A stretch of 64,000 nt of DNA from Thermoproteota archaeon (GTDB taxonomy: Archaea; Korarchaeota; Korarchaeia; Korarchaeales; JAOZGB01): NCBI GenBank assembly GCA_037917685.1, contig JAVCBU010000012.1, positions 32,001 to 96,000 on the forward strand. Direction: 5' to 3'. Shown piece by piece: positions 1-9,101 of the stretch (position 1 is its first letter; each line of letters starts with the position of its first letter). Under the pieces are notes generated by a model. That model saw only the letters and a program-made list of their open reading frames with translations. It ran no database searches and had not been told where the DNA came from. The translations under genes were made by a program, and so were the position numbers.

Positions 1-189
1 ATAGCAAGGTTTATCGCCGACCTGAATCCCAATATCCCATATAGCCTCCTAGCCTTCCACCCAGACTGGCTTATGATGGACATGCCCATAACCCCAAGAA
101 AACAGGCTATGGAATGCTACGAAGCCGCGAAAAAACACCTTAAAAACGTAAATATAGGGAACAAGCACCTCCTATCAATTGCACCATAG
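1..189 (+). CDS. Radical SAM protein (PFL-activase/AmmeMemoRadiSam-like), 3' end only
   Basis: Frame 1 translates IARFIADLNPNIPYSLLAFHPDWLM...AAKKHLKNVNIGNKHLL, ending at TAG 187-189; typical C-terminus of this family. Confidence 0.7.
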   Translation: MARFIADLNPNIPYSLLAFHPDWLMMDMPITPRKQAMECYEAAKKHLKNVNIGNKHLLSIAP

Positions 190-252
190 CTCAGACGGTT
201 GATTCCTCATCATCCCCTCCTTGACGGGTTAGAGATGCCTCCCTCATCATCA
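190..252 (-). ncRNA. C/D-box sRNA (2'-O-methylation guide) #1
   Basis: Minus strand: ATGATGA(C)-GGGAGGCATCT-CTAA(D')-CCCGTCAAGGAGGGG-ATGATGA(C')-GGAATCAACCGT-CTGA(D); TTTATATT TATA-like box ~25 nt upstream. Confidence 0.85.
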
Positions 253-274
253 AGGCACCATATCCCCCGGGGCA

Positions 275-284
275 AATATAAATT
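275..284 (-). promoter_or_regulatory. TATA box for C/D sRNA #1
   Basis: ATTTATATTT on minus strand ~25 nt upstream of box C. Confidence 0.6.
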
Positions 285-289
285 GGACG

Positions 290-354
290 GTCAGACGTTG
301 AGAGGTGGATCCTCCTCCCGCAGAGGGATCGGGAACCCACCGCCTCATCATCCC
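290..354 (-). ncRNA. C/D-box sRNA #2
   Basis: Minus strand: ATGATGA(C)-GGCGGTGGGTTC-CCGA(D')-TCCC/GGGA hairpin-degenerate C'-CCACCTCTCAACGT-CTGA(D). Confidence 0.8.
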
Positions 355-402
355 ATGAAATATAATGCCTAAAGCCTTATTCAGGTTTGGCATATATGCC
401 AG

Positions 403-1197
403 CTACATCCATATTAGCCTATATTCCGGCTTTCCAACACCGTATTCTACGCTGAGCTCTACATGCTCCACGTTTCCCCTGGCTCTTCTTATTCTTCCGT
501 TGAGTTTTGCTAGGATGTCTATGGCCGCCTTATCCACAGCTACCGGGTCTGTTCCGGCGAGCATGTACCCTGCTTTCACGGGTTTACCACCGTGTCTTCT
601 TTCCTGAGCTTCTAGCAGTGTTTCCACCATGTCCATTATTATTAGTTGGGGCCTGAGCAAAGTGTTCAGTTCTGCTATGCCCCTATGAATGTCTTTGATG
701 CCTGAGTGCATAAGTATTCTATCGAGTCTCGAGAGTAGACCGAACTGGTTCTTCAGGGAGCCGGTAAAGGTGCAGACGAAATGTTCCTTCCCAACTGGAA
801 GGCTTATAGTAATGTCGCAGCCCAGTGGTAATGTGGATGCTTTAAACTTGTACCCTCTGCATGTTCTGAACTTCCTCATTTCGTGATTATATATGTTTAG
901 CATTTCATATCCGCATTCTCTACAGACCTGTGTAAGCGGGTGTTTTTCTAAGACTCTATGAGAGGATACTATGTCTACGGCGGGTCCGTCGCCAACCAGC
1001 AGTTCAAGGCTGCTAAGACTCTCTAAGACCGCGCGCAACGTTTGGGGATGCGTGGTTGTGGGGTAGTGCTCGTGGGATACTATGTTAGGCTTGATGAACA
1101 CCCTCTCTACCCCGTTGAAAAGATTGCTAAAGTATTTTAGGGCTTTAGATGTGAAGGAAGCCCTATCTGTAGTTCTGCATATTAAAACCTCAGACAT
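403..1197 (-). CDS. DUF362 domain protein
   Basis: IKPN, TTHP, K-x-H..FTGSLKNQFG, GTDPVAVD motifs. Confidence 0.85.
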   Translation of the reverse strand: MSEVLICRTTDRASFTSKALKYFSNLFNGVERVFIKPNIVSHEHYPTTTHPQTLRAVLESLSSLELLVGDGPAVDIVSSHRVLEKHPLTQVCRECGYEMLNIYNHEMRKFRTCRGYKFKASTLPLGCDITISLPVGKEHFVCTFTGSLKNQFGLLSRLDRILMHSGIKDIHRGIAELNTLLRPQLIIMDMVETLLEAQERRHGGKPVKAGYMLAGTDPVAVDKAAIDILAKLNGRIRRARGNVEHVELSVEYGVGKPEYRLIWM

Positions 1198-1369
1198 GTA
1201 ACCCCTCTATAAGGATGTGTTAAAACTGCCAACATGTTTCTGTCATAATTCTCAGTTAGACTTGCTATTATAAAATACCAATTCCAGGTGATAAACCAGA
1301 TTTAGAGGATCTATGTGAACAGTATGCAATTACATACAATTGTATTTATCGGTCACATCCATGGTTAAA

Positions 1370-1712
1370 TCATAATTTTCTTCTAAGTCTGTTCAAGGCT
1401 TCTTCGTATCTTTCATCCTTTTAGACCATTCTACCAACTTTTTACATGGAAATGTCTCACATTGATAGCAGTATTCTAATCCTTTAGTGTCCACACAACA
1501 TTTAAGGATCCAGCATTCTGGAGACCAATGTTCAGTCCTACTTCCTTTGCAGCCTGAGCACCTAACATCATCCACTCTTATTTCTATGTTCCTCTCTCTT
1601 CTGAACCACTCTACTATTGCTGGGCGACTTCAGAGTTATTTGAGGCTTGGAAAATTTTGCATTCATCACATATTATCACACAAGCTCCTATCATATGGTA
1701 GTTTTCGGTCAA
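1370..1712 (-). pseudogene. DUF3795 Cys-rich protein with two frameshifts
   Basis: Three frames join to MIGACVIICDECKIFQA / IVEWF..CSGCKG..ECWILKCC..YCYQCETFPC / DERYEEALNRLRRKL; GGTGA RBS before TTG. Confidence 0.7.
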
Positions 1713-1751
1713 GTTTCACCAGTTGCATACAGCTTTGGGAATATATAATGG

Positions 1752-2255
1752 TTAACCGGTTTCATGCCTTATTGGTTTAGCAGATGCATAAATTTTACCG
1801 GTTATGTGTAGTAGGGGCTGAAATCCTTCCTTTTCTACGTGTTCCGCCTCCACCTTCCCCACTACTAAGTAGTGGTCTCCATACTCGTTCATACCGGCTA
1901 CTTTACATTCTAGTTGGACTGGGCACCCCTTTATTCTTGGCGGTTTTACCTTGCTACTTGGAACTGTTTCTAGGCCTGCGAGAGCAATCTTATCTACATC
2001 TCTGCCAGAGTGGGTCCCGCATATCTCAGCTTTCTCCATCCAGCCCTTTTCGAGTATATTGAGTGTAAACTCCTGCGTCTCCTTGAGGTTTTGGAAGGTG
2101 TACCTTTTAGGGGAAACAGAGACTGCCACATACTTTGGATTGAAGCTCACAGGCATTATAAAGCTGAAGGTTGCAACGTTAGGCTTTCCCTCCCTGTTAA
2201 CTGTCACTATTAGAGCTACAGGCCTCGGGAATATCTGTCTACTTATCCTTACCAC
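1752..2255 (-). CDS. Flavin reductase family protein
   Basis: PRPVALI, SGRDVDK, ECKV..GDH motifs. Confidence 0.9.
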   Translation of the reverse strand: MVRISRQIFPRPVALIVTVNREGKPNVATFSFIMPVSFNPKYVAVSVSPKRYTFQNLKETQEFTLNILEKGWMEKAEICGTHSGRDVDKIALAGLETVPSSKVKPPRIKGCPVQLECKVAGMNEYGDHYLVVGKVEAEHVEKEGFQPLLHITGKIYASAKPIRHETG

Positions 2256-3031
2256 ACACCCTTCACCAATCTCCGGCCTCTTCTAGCAATATATAGGAGT
2301 GCGAATATTATCATTGCTATACCTGCAGGTATATATTCTGGGCGGCCTCCAAGTAGGGCTGCAGCTGTCATGGCGAACCACAGCTGGAGGTAGATCAGTA
2401 GGGGGACGTCTGTCTGCCTCCATCCACCATGATATATCGTTCTAAATGTGAATGTGATGATCCATACCACTAGTGTCCATCCTATAAAGTTTGTTAAGGG
2501 GACGCCATAGAATTCTCCACCGCCCTCCCACGTCCAGGAGTGCATTATGTTAACCTGTACTGGGTCCATTATAAGATCCCATGACGTTGCACACAGCCCA
2601 TCTAGAAGTGAAGCTGCAGCTCTCCCCGCAGCTTTGCTCTTAGGCTTTAATATGACATTGGTAATCGACAGGGAAGAATAGGATATTACAAACCAGAATA
2701 GTGGAATATTTAGGGGTACCAGGCCTAGAATTATAGGCCTCGCTTTTCCGGAGTAACTGTATTTTCCGAAGGGGAATCCATATATGACTCCTAGGAGCTC
2801 CATTAGAAGCCCTATTCCCGCTGAAAGTGTAAATAGTAGGGTGGTTCCACTGAGGCCTATGGAGTCAGCTGAGCTTAAGATGGTAGCTACGAAAATGGAT
2901 AAGGTTATCAGGAACATGAACGCAGGCGGGACCGGTAGGTTGGAAATGGAGGACACGACACGCGCCAGGGTTAGGAGGAAACTAAAAGCTAGAAGGGCTA
3001 GAGACAGTTTTCCTGCAATTCTAGCCGTCAT
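2249..3031 (-). CDS. Carotenoid biosynthesis/CruF-like (DUF422) membrane protein
   Basis: GFPFGKYSY, WDLIMDP, W-W...YGVPLTNFIGW motifs. Confidence 0.8.
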   Translation of the reverse strand: MTARIAGKLSLALLAFSFLLTLARVVSSISNLPVPPAFMFLITLSIFVATILSSADSIGLSGTTLLFTLSAGIGLLMELLGVIYGFPFGKYSYSGKARPIILGLVPLNIPLFWFVISYSSLSITNVILKPKSKAAGRAAASLLDGLCATSWDLIMDPVQVNIMHSWTWEGGGEFYGVPLTNFIGWTLVVWIITFTFRTIYHGGWRQTDVPLLIYLQLWFAMTAAALLGGRPEYIPAGIAMIIFALLYIARRGRRLVKGVW

Positions 3032-3130
3032 AGCAGGTAATTAGTGTGGTGATATAATAAAAATGGATGTTTCCAGATATGTGTGAGAGAAGAGATCTGG
3101 CTGGATGGGCTCTTACGGCTTAGAAATGTG

Positions 3131-3565
3131 TTATATATCAAACAGCACTCTCAGTTTTACTCCTTGGGGTGTTTGTTCGATCTTCATCAGGCCGTATGTT
3201 GCTGCTTTTACCTCTATTTTGAGCTGGTGCTTTTCCGGGTCTATGGTTTCTCCCTCAGCGTAGCCCTCGAGCTTGTATCTTCCATCTGTCTTCTCTATTT
3301 TCTCCACCTTGAAGTTTGATAGTAGTAGTCCCTCTGCATCCACATGGTACAGAAGTTCATTAAGCCAGTCTACCAGTAGGGTTTCGATGCTTACAGCTTC
3401 GACGCTAACATCTATTCTTCTCTTAGACTCCACAGTTTTTATGTCAACCATAGACTCAAACATGGCCTTTGCGGCTTCCTCGAAGGCTTCCTCCAGGTTT
3501 TCTCCCCAAGCCTCAACATAGATGTCGGCCACATGCTCCAGAAACTTATGGCCTCTCCTGTTCAT
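3131..3565 (-). CDS. Archease
   Basis: EHVADI, VKAATY, C-terminal FDI; directly downstream of rtcB. Confidence 0.95.
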   Translation of the reverse strand: MNRRGHKFLEHVADIYVEAWGENLEEAFEEAAKAMFESMVDIKTVESKRRIDVSVEAVSIETLLVDWLNELLYHVDAEGLLLSNFKVEKIEKTDGRYKLEGYAEGETIDPEKHQLKIEVKAATYGLMKIEQTPQGVKLRVLFDI

Positions 3566-3566
3566 C

Positions 3567-4997
3567 CTACCCTTTCACCACACCTATAGGAACCAGTCTT
3601 GCAACCTTATATGCCAACCCAACCTTATGAGATACATCTGCAACACGATCTATGTCTTTATAGGCTTCTGGAGCTTCCTCTGCTACTACACGCCAGCTTG
3701 CAGCCCTGATGAGTATTCCCCTCGCCTTAAGTTTCTCTGCTACAGTTGCCCCTCTGAAGGATCTTACCGCTCTTGCTCTTGACAGCATCCTGCCTGCACC
3801 ATGAGCAGTGCTGGAGAAGGCCAGCTCCTCGCTTTTCTCGGTACCTACCAGGACGTAGCTTGCAGTCCCCATGCTACCCGGTATGATGACGGGTTGTCCC
3901 ACGTCCCTATATGCGCTTGGAAGCTCAGGCCTTCCTCTAGGGAATGCCCTTGTAGCTCCTTTTCTATGGACTACGAGCTTCATCCTGGTGCCGTCAACCA
4001 TGTGGTCCTCTATCTTAGCTACGTTATGGCAGACATCGTAGACGAGTTGAAGCTCATCCTCCACAACACCGAGAACGTCTTTAAAAGCCTGCCTTGTCCA
4101 GTGCATTATCATATGTCTGTTTGTGAAGGCGAAGTTTACAGCGCAGACCATGGCTGAAAAGTATTTCTCAGCCTCTCTGCTCCCCCATGGTGCGCAGGCA
4201 AGCTCCCTGTCTGGAACCCTTATATTGTATTTTCTTGCGGCCATTTCCATTACACGCAGGTAGTCGGAGCATACCTGGTGTCCAAAACCTCTTGATCCTG
4301 TGTGTATCATGACCGTGACTCCGCCTTCTCCTGGCAGGCCGAAAGCCTTTGCTATTGCAGGATTATAGATTTTATCTACAACTTGGATTTCAAGAAAGTG
4401 GTTGCCAGCTCCCAGGCTTCCAAGCTGGCCTGCACCCCTCTGCTTAGCCCTATGTGATATATTCTCAGGATTAGCCCCTGGCATGCTCCCCCCTTCCTCT
4501 ATCCTTTCAGCATCCTTCTCGAAGCCGTATCCCTGTCTTATGGCCCATTTGACCCCTTCAACCATAACATCGTCGAGCTCACCATGTGAAATCCTTACCT
4601 TACCGCCTCTACCAACCCCTGAAGGCACAAGGGTAAATATTCTATCAAGCAGTTGCTTAAGCTTAGTCCTAACCTCCTCGGCCGTAAGGGGCGTAGATAG
4701 GAGTCTAACGCCGCAATTGATGTCATATCCTATCCCGCCGGGGGAGATAACCCCACCGTCAACAGTAAACCCGGCTACCCCTCCTATTGGAAAGCCGTAT
4801 CCTTCATGTGCGTCTGGAAGGGCTATTGAGAACTTTTGAATTCCTGGGAGATGGGCAACATTAGAAGTTTGAAGCAAGGTCCTATCAGTCTTCATTTTAT
4901 CAAGTAAAATCTTGTCCGCGTAGATCCTGGCTGGAACACGCATTTTATCACGTTTGGGTATTTCCCAAATGTAATTGTCAACCTGTACTATCTGCAT
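3567..4997 (-). CDS. rtcB: RNA-splicing ligase RtcB
   Basis: PDAHEGYGFPIG, DINCG, GNHFLE, HTGSRG, HN, HRKGAT, HGAGR motifs. Confidence 0.97.
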   Translation of the reverse strand: MQIVQVDNYIWEIPKRDKMRVPARIYADKILLDKMKTDRTLLQTSNVAHLPGIQKFSIALPDAHEGYGFPIGGVAGFTVDGGVISPGGIGYDINCGVRLLSTPLTAEEVRTKLKQLLDRIFTLVPSGVGRGGKVRISHGELDDVMVEGVKWAIRQGYGFEKDAERIEEGGSMPGANPENISHRAKQRGAGQLGSLGAGNHFLEIQVVDKIYNPAIAKAFGLPGEGGVTVMIHTGSRGFGHQVCSDYLRVMEMAARKYNIRVPDRELACAPWGSREAEKYFSAMVCAVNFAFTNRHMIMHWTRQAFKDVLGVVEDELQLVYDVCHNVAKIEDHMVDGTRMKLVVHRKGATRAFPRGRPELPSAYRDVGQPVIIPGSMGTASYVLVGTEKSEELAFSSTAHGAGRMLSRARAVRSFRGATVAEKLKARGILIRAASWRVVAEEAPEAYKDIDRVADVSHKVGLAYKVARLVPIGVVKG

Positions 4998-5077
4998 ACG
5001 CTAGTATATAGGTAACGGTTTGTTTTAAAATTGAACAGGCTTAGTTGCCTTTTAATTTAAACATCTTATTACATCTC

Positions 5078-6541
5078 ATGATGAAAAGGGCGACAACACC
5101 GGTGATGGTTCTGCTCCTTCTAGCAGTCGAAGTGCTCCCATCTACCTTGACGGCTCGCCAGGGGCAAGTGGTTAAAATCGATAGAATAGTGGTTTTGTGC
5201 AATGACTATGATTACTCGCTCTGTTGGCCGCATCTCTACTGGGAAGGAGAAGTCTACAACTATGCTATAAAGGACGTAACTCCAGCGTATTTTGACCAGT
5301 TTAAGGAGAGCAAGTTTATACTAATCCTTGGAGGACCGCTTGCCTACGGTGGAGTAGGAGAGATAGTTTCGAGCTTGCTTTCCGAAGACGAAGTACAGCG
5401 GCTCATGTCTGACAGGGATTCCAGGATAATAGTGGTTAAAAGAGATGTCTGGACAGAAAACCAAACTGTAATTATAGCAGCCGGATACGACAGGTATGAT
5501 ACAGAGTTAACGGTTAAAGATCTAAACGGGAATGGGATAGCTGACGCGCTTGAACCTATAGTGGACCAGGATGGTGACGGAGTTTCCCTTAACATCGACC
5601 CAAATCCGGATGTTAGAGACCTAGTCGACGACCGGTATGGAGTTTACATAAGGGAATTCGTGGAGTACAGTCTTAGATACTGGTCTAGAGATGAATTTCA
5701 AGCCATGCTAAACTGGCTTCTCTCGTGGGATGGAAAATACGAGATACTTGACAGGATGGAAGATCAGGACATACCTGGAGCCGCACTATACATTTTAAGC
5801 ATGATCAGGCTTGAGTGTCCGGAGTATTTTAATGAGTACTACAAGCTTGCCATCGCAACATCCCTAACGTGGGACAACCCGTTATATACCCAGGAGAAAA
5901 CTACAATTAACGATGTTGTAGGAATATTTGGGGTGATAGCAGGCTTTAACGATGATGGCGAAACCTATTATGACCTTAGAAACATGGAAGTAGAGCTGTT
6001 AACAGAAGTTGTAGGGATCTACTTTCTGGACCCAGGAATTTACCTGGTTGATGGGGGGGTAGGCGGTTTCGGACCTAAGCCCGAGGAATTAGTGTATTTA
6101 CACGGAAAATACTACACGCCAGTACATGACACATTTATGACCCTTACAATTGCTTACATGTCGGTGCCCTACACTCTTAAAAGAAGAACTGTTCGCTCTA
6201 ACATGACTATAAGGGATATTGAGACAAAGGGTGGAGCGTGTGTAGTTCAGGCTTACTATGCGAGGTGTGTAGCTGCTGCGCTTGGAATACCAACCCGGTA
6301 TGTGGCCGGGTTCTGGAGGTCGACGTATGATGAGGAGGATGTTGGACATGCCTTTCTAGCCTATTTTGAAGATGGAAAATGGATGTATGGGATAGCGTCC
6401 ATAGCCTTTGACGAGCCTGTGGAGGAGGAGATGTTAACACCGGAGTTTTTGTCGTCTAGGGGATTTATAAAGATGGAGCTTATGAGGCTGGACAGCCAAG
6501 CCTATAGATACGTAACCATAATAAACTGGGAAGAGGAGTAA
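5078..6541 (+). CDS. Secreted protein with S-layer-like N-terminus, Ca-binding DxDGDG motifs and C-terminal transglutaminase-like domain
   Basis: Signal peptide after ATG 5078 (ORF track opens at 5045); ILILGGP; DLNGNGIAD/DQDGDG; GGACVVQA...GHAF. Confidence 0.6.
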   Translation: MMKRATTPVMVLLLLAVEVLPSTLTARQGQVVKIDRIVVLCNDYDYSLCWPHLYWEGEVYNYAIKDVTPAYFDQFKESKFILILGGPLAYGGVGEIVSSLLSEDEVQRLMSDRDSRIIVVKRDVWTENQTVIIAAGYDRYDTELTVKDLNGNGIADALEPIVDQDGDGVSLNIDPNPDVRDLVDDRYGVYIREFVEYSLRYWSRDEFQAMLNWLLSWDGKYEILDRMEDQDIPGAALYILSMIRLECPEYFNEYYKLAIATSLTWDNPLYTQEKTTINDVVGIFGVIAGFNDDGETYYDLRNMEVELLTEVVGIYFLDPGIYLVDGGVGGFGPKPEELVYLHGKYYTPVHDTFMTLTIAYMSVPYTLKRRTVRSNMTIRDIETKGGACVVQAYYARCVAAALGIPTRYVAGFWRSTYDEEDVGHAFLAYFEDGKWMYGIASIAFDEPVEEEMLTPEFLSSRGFIKMELMRLDSQAYRYVTIINWEEE

Positions 6542-6545
6542 CGCT

Positions 6546-7148
6546 TCATTGCTTTTTCCAACGATAGAAAAGAAATATTAGTAGAACTATTAAAATCACT
6601 ATACCCACTTTGTGAACCCATTTCTGAACCCAAACCCAGTTTTCTCCGAGGATTAAGCCAAGGTATGACAGGAAGTAGCACCATATCGCTGAGCCTATGA
6701 AGCTATAGGTGAAGAAGGATGTAAAGTTTACCCTTGCTATTCCGGCCGGTAGGGATATAACAGTCCTAATGGCTGGTAGAAGACGGCTTATGAACAGGGT
6801 CTTTGAGCCATGACGCCTAAGCCATTTGAAAGCTTCTTCTATGTGGCGCCGGCTTACAAGCCTATATTGTACTAGCATGTCTACAGCCTTCTCTCCGTAC
6901 TTATATCCTAGAATGTAGGAAAGCAGAGAGCCAGCCTGACAGCCGAGAGTTCCAGCTATTGCTACGAGGTGGATTTGCATTTCACCTTTGAGGGTGAGGT
7001 ACCCGGCAAAGGGCATCACAATCTCGCTGGGGACAGGCATGCATGCGCTTTCAAGCGTCATGAGCAGGAATACACCTGGATATCCTCCTGCTTCTATCAG
7101 GTTTAGAATTGCATCTATTACCTGTCTGACTATTTCCGGGTATAACAT
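6546..7148 (-). CDS. DedA family membrane protein
   Basis: LESACMPVPSE, SRLLPAIRTVISLPAG. Confidence 0.93.
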   Translation of the reverse strand: MLYPEIVRQVIDAILNLIEAGGYPGVFLLMTLESACMPVPSEIVMPFAGYLTLKGEMQIHLVAIAGTLGCQAGSLLSYILGYKYGEKAVDMLVQYRLVSRRHIEEAFKWLRRHGSKTLFISRLLPAIRTVISLPAGIARVNFTSFFTYSFIGSAIWCYFLSYLGLILGENWVWVQKWVHKVGIVILIVLLIFLFYRWKKQ

Positions 7149-7449
7149 CCTCCACTGTTAGAATTGGGACAGTGGAGGATTTTAAGATTATGCTGGCCCA
7201 CAGCCTAGAGATAGTAACAAAAGTCAAGGGTAACGTTGACATTCTGCTAACAGGCCACACGCATGGCGGCCAGGTCTGTCTTCCCCTCATAGGGCTGGTC
7301 TACGTGCCTTCAAGGCTTGGAAAGAAATATGTATCAGGCCTCTACAATGCTGGTGGAATAATAGTTTATGTTAACAGGGGTCTAGGTGGAGTTTCATGCC
7401 GGTCAGGGTTAACTGCAGGCCTGAAGTCACGGTGATAGATTTCTGCTGA
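7145..7449 (+). pseudogene. 5'-truncated, frameshifted YkuE-like metallophosphoesterase
   Basis: Only the C-terminal motifs LAH, GHTHGGQV, YVNRGLG remain; shifted frame continues PVRVNCRPEVTVIDFC. Confidence 0.75.
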
Positions 7450-8107
7450 AATCTATCTCTACCTTAGCTTTCCCTCCGGCTCTTAGAACCAGGACTAAAA
7501 TGATGAGGGCTATGCTTGCAAGAAGGTATAGGTATGCCCCCGCTTTCAGCCCCCATGACATCTTTCCAAGTTTGAAGCCCATGATCTCGATTACCTCGCC
7601 CCCATATAGAGACAATCCATACTCTTTAAGTTTTGAGGACAATGCAGCTGTGAATAAGGTGAACACGGCTACTCCTACAAGTCCTGATAAAAGATTCACC
7701 TCTTTCCTACCAGTTATCAATGCTATGGCAGACAGCACTAATGGTGTAACTGCAATTATTAAGAACTTATGTAGGGCAGAGTTTAGCTGCTCCAGCTGGG
7801 GAGACTCTTTGAAGGCCTCGCCTAGGTATTCTGTAAGTTGAGCCGCTGCTCCTTTAAGCCCTGAAGGTGATATTGACAATAGTTCCCCAGATAGAAGGGG
7901 AGCATTAATCTTCACACTCCACCAAGGTAAGAAAAGTGATACGGCTAACGATAAAATCAGAATTATAGTTGCCAAATTATGGAGGCTGCTTTGACGCTGG
8001 AGAGTCGGCTCAAATGTGGGTATTAAGCGTTTGCCGCACCTTATGCAGAACTCGGCATGCGGTGGATTTTTATAGCCACAGTGGGGACAAGTAATACTAA
8101 TATCCAT
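7427..8107 (-). CDS. Zinc-ribbon membrane protein
   Basis: CPHCG..N...FCIRCG followed by LPWW and 4 TM segments. Confidence 0.8.
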   Translation of the reverse strand: MDISITCPHCGYKNPPHAEFCIRCGKRLIPTFEPTLQRQSSLHNLATIILILSLAVSLFLPWWSVKINAPLLSGELLSISPSGLKGAAAQLTEYLGEAFKESPQLEQLNSALHKFLIIAVTPLVLSAIALITGRKEVNLLSGLVGVAVFTLFTAALSSKLKEYGLSLYGGEVIEIMGFKLGKMSWGLKAGAYLYLLASIALIILVLVLRAGGKAKVEIDFSRNLSP

Positions 8108-8242
8108 CTTAGTAATCTGCTATTAGCTCCATTAATAAATTTATGCATCTAACCCGTATTGTTTAAAGTCCATAACTCTATGCCTATGCTACGGAAAGTT
8201 AAGGTTTAAGGTTTAAAGCACACATTTTGGACTGGGGGTATT

Positions 8243-8350
8243 TTGAAGTATACCACAGATTCTAAGCTTGCATCAAAGCTCGAAGAGCTTTTAGGAGAGA
8301 AAAGGTAGCCGACCAGGAATGTATTCTTCCGTCTTACTCAATGATTTCAT
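8243..8350 (+). pseudogene. Possible N-terminal remnant of an FAD-linked oxidoreductase
   Basis: TATA and GGGGG RBS, then LASKLEELLGE/(frameshift)KVADQECILPSYS, resembling FAD_binding_4 N-termini. Confidence 0.3.
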
Positions 8351-8383
8351 TAAATATATTTAGTTTTATCACAGAATAGTTAA

Positions 8384-8393
8384 ATTTATATAG
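8384..8393 (+). promoter_or_regulatory. TATA box of the structured RNA at 8415
   Basis: TTTATATA centred ~26 nt upstream of the G at 8415. Confidence 0.65.
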
Positions 8394-8414
8394 GCTACAG
8401 GTTATCTATTTATT

Positions 8415-8570
8415 GGGCGCCGGAATAGCTGGCTACAAACCCTTGATATAAGCGTACTACAATAAGACGGTTATCCTTAGAACGATGTTATCCGCTGCAG
8501 GCTTGGAACAACATTTTAAGTGGTTCAACCAGCCTGCGGCAGCCTCAGGATGCTTCCGGCGCCCACATCT
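8415..8570 (+). ncRNA. Unannotated structured RNA, H/ACA-like terminal architecture with large looped-out insert
   Basis: GGGCGCCGGAA(8415-8425) pairs with TTCCGGCGCCC(8554-8564), followed by ACA and a T-rich tract; GCTGCAGGCT(8494-8503)/AGCCTGCGGC(8531-8540) stem with a G-U pair valid only on + strand. Confidence 0.75.
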
Positions 8571-8689
8571 CTTTATGATAGGATCGCTGGGACAGGTTTC
8601 TAACTGCATGTTTCTTCAGGACTGGAACTTTGAAGTTAATGGCACACAGCACATGCATGCAACGAATATGCATTTCCTATAAGGATGTA

Positions 8690-8767
8690 CAGGCCTATCG
8701 AGTCCTGAATGCGGCTGGTTATAAGATTGTAGGATGTTCAGGTGGTTCCGTGCGTGTTTCAATCTGA
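8690..8767 (+). pseudogene. Remnant of NifB/NifX-family protein
   Basis: QAYRVLNAAGYKIVGCSGGSVR resembles the family C-terminus; no intact ORF. Confidence 0.4.
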
Positions 8768-8837
8768 ATGATATTTAACTGGTAGGGAGGGTTAGGAAAT
8801 TTAATTATTTACCTGTTGGGTTTACTTTGGGTCTAAT

Positions 8838-9101
8838 TTGAGGTGTCTAGTTACTGGTGCCTCCGGATTCATCGGTGGTCATCTTGTGGAGAAGCTTGTC
8901 CGTGACGGACATGAGGTTAGAGCGCTGGTCAGACGGACTAGTAATGTTAGCCTGCTTAGAAATCTTGGTGTAGAACTTGTATACGGGGATATTACAGTCC
9001 CAGAAACATTAAGGCCTGTTGTTAAAGACGTAGATGTGGCATGGAGGACACAGTTAAATGGTATAGGGATAACGGGCTTCTGCAAGGGTGACGAGAAGTG
9101 A
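8838..9101 (+). pseudogene. 3'-truncated NAD-dependent epimerase/dehydratase
   Basis: Rossmann VTGASGFIG...GDIT...DVDV, then unrelated sequence; 87 aa vs ~320 expected. Confidence 0.75.

Noticed and set aside
8415-8565. tRNA or intron-containing tRNA (GGGCGCC/GGCGCCCA ends, internal GGTTCAA)
   Set aside because: No D-arm, the T-stem cannot be built, and no bulge-helix-bulge excision gives a cloverleaf
8414-8565. MITE with 12-bp terminal inverted repeats
   Set aside because: No target-site duplication or second copy in the window; TATA spacing and the strand-specific G-U pair favour an RNA gene
8485-8682. 65-aa ORF
   Set aside because: Overlaps the structured RNA; no RBS or recognisable motif
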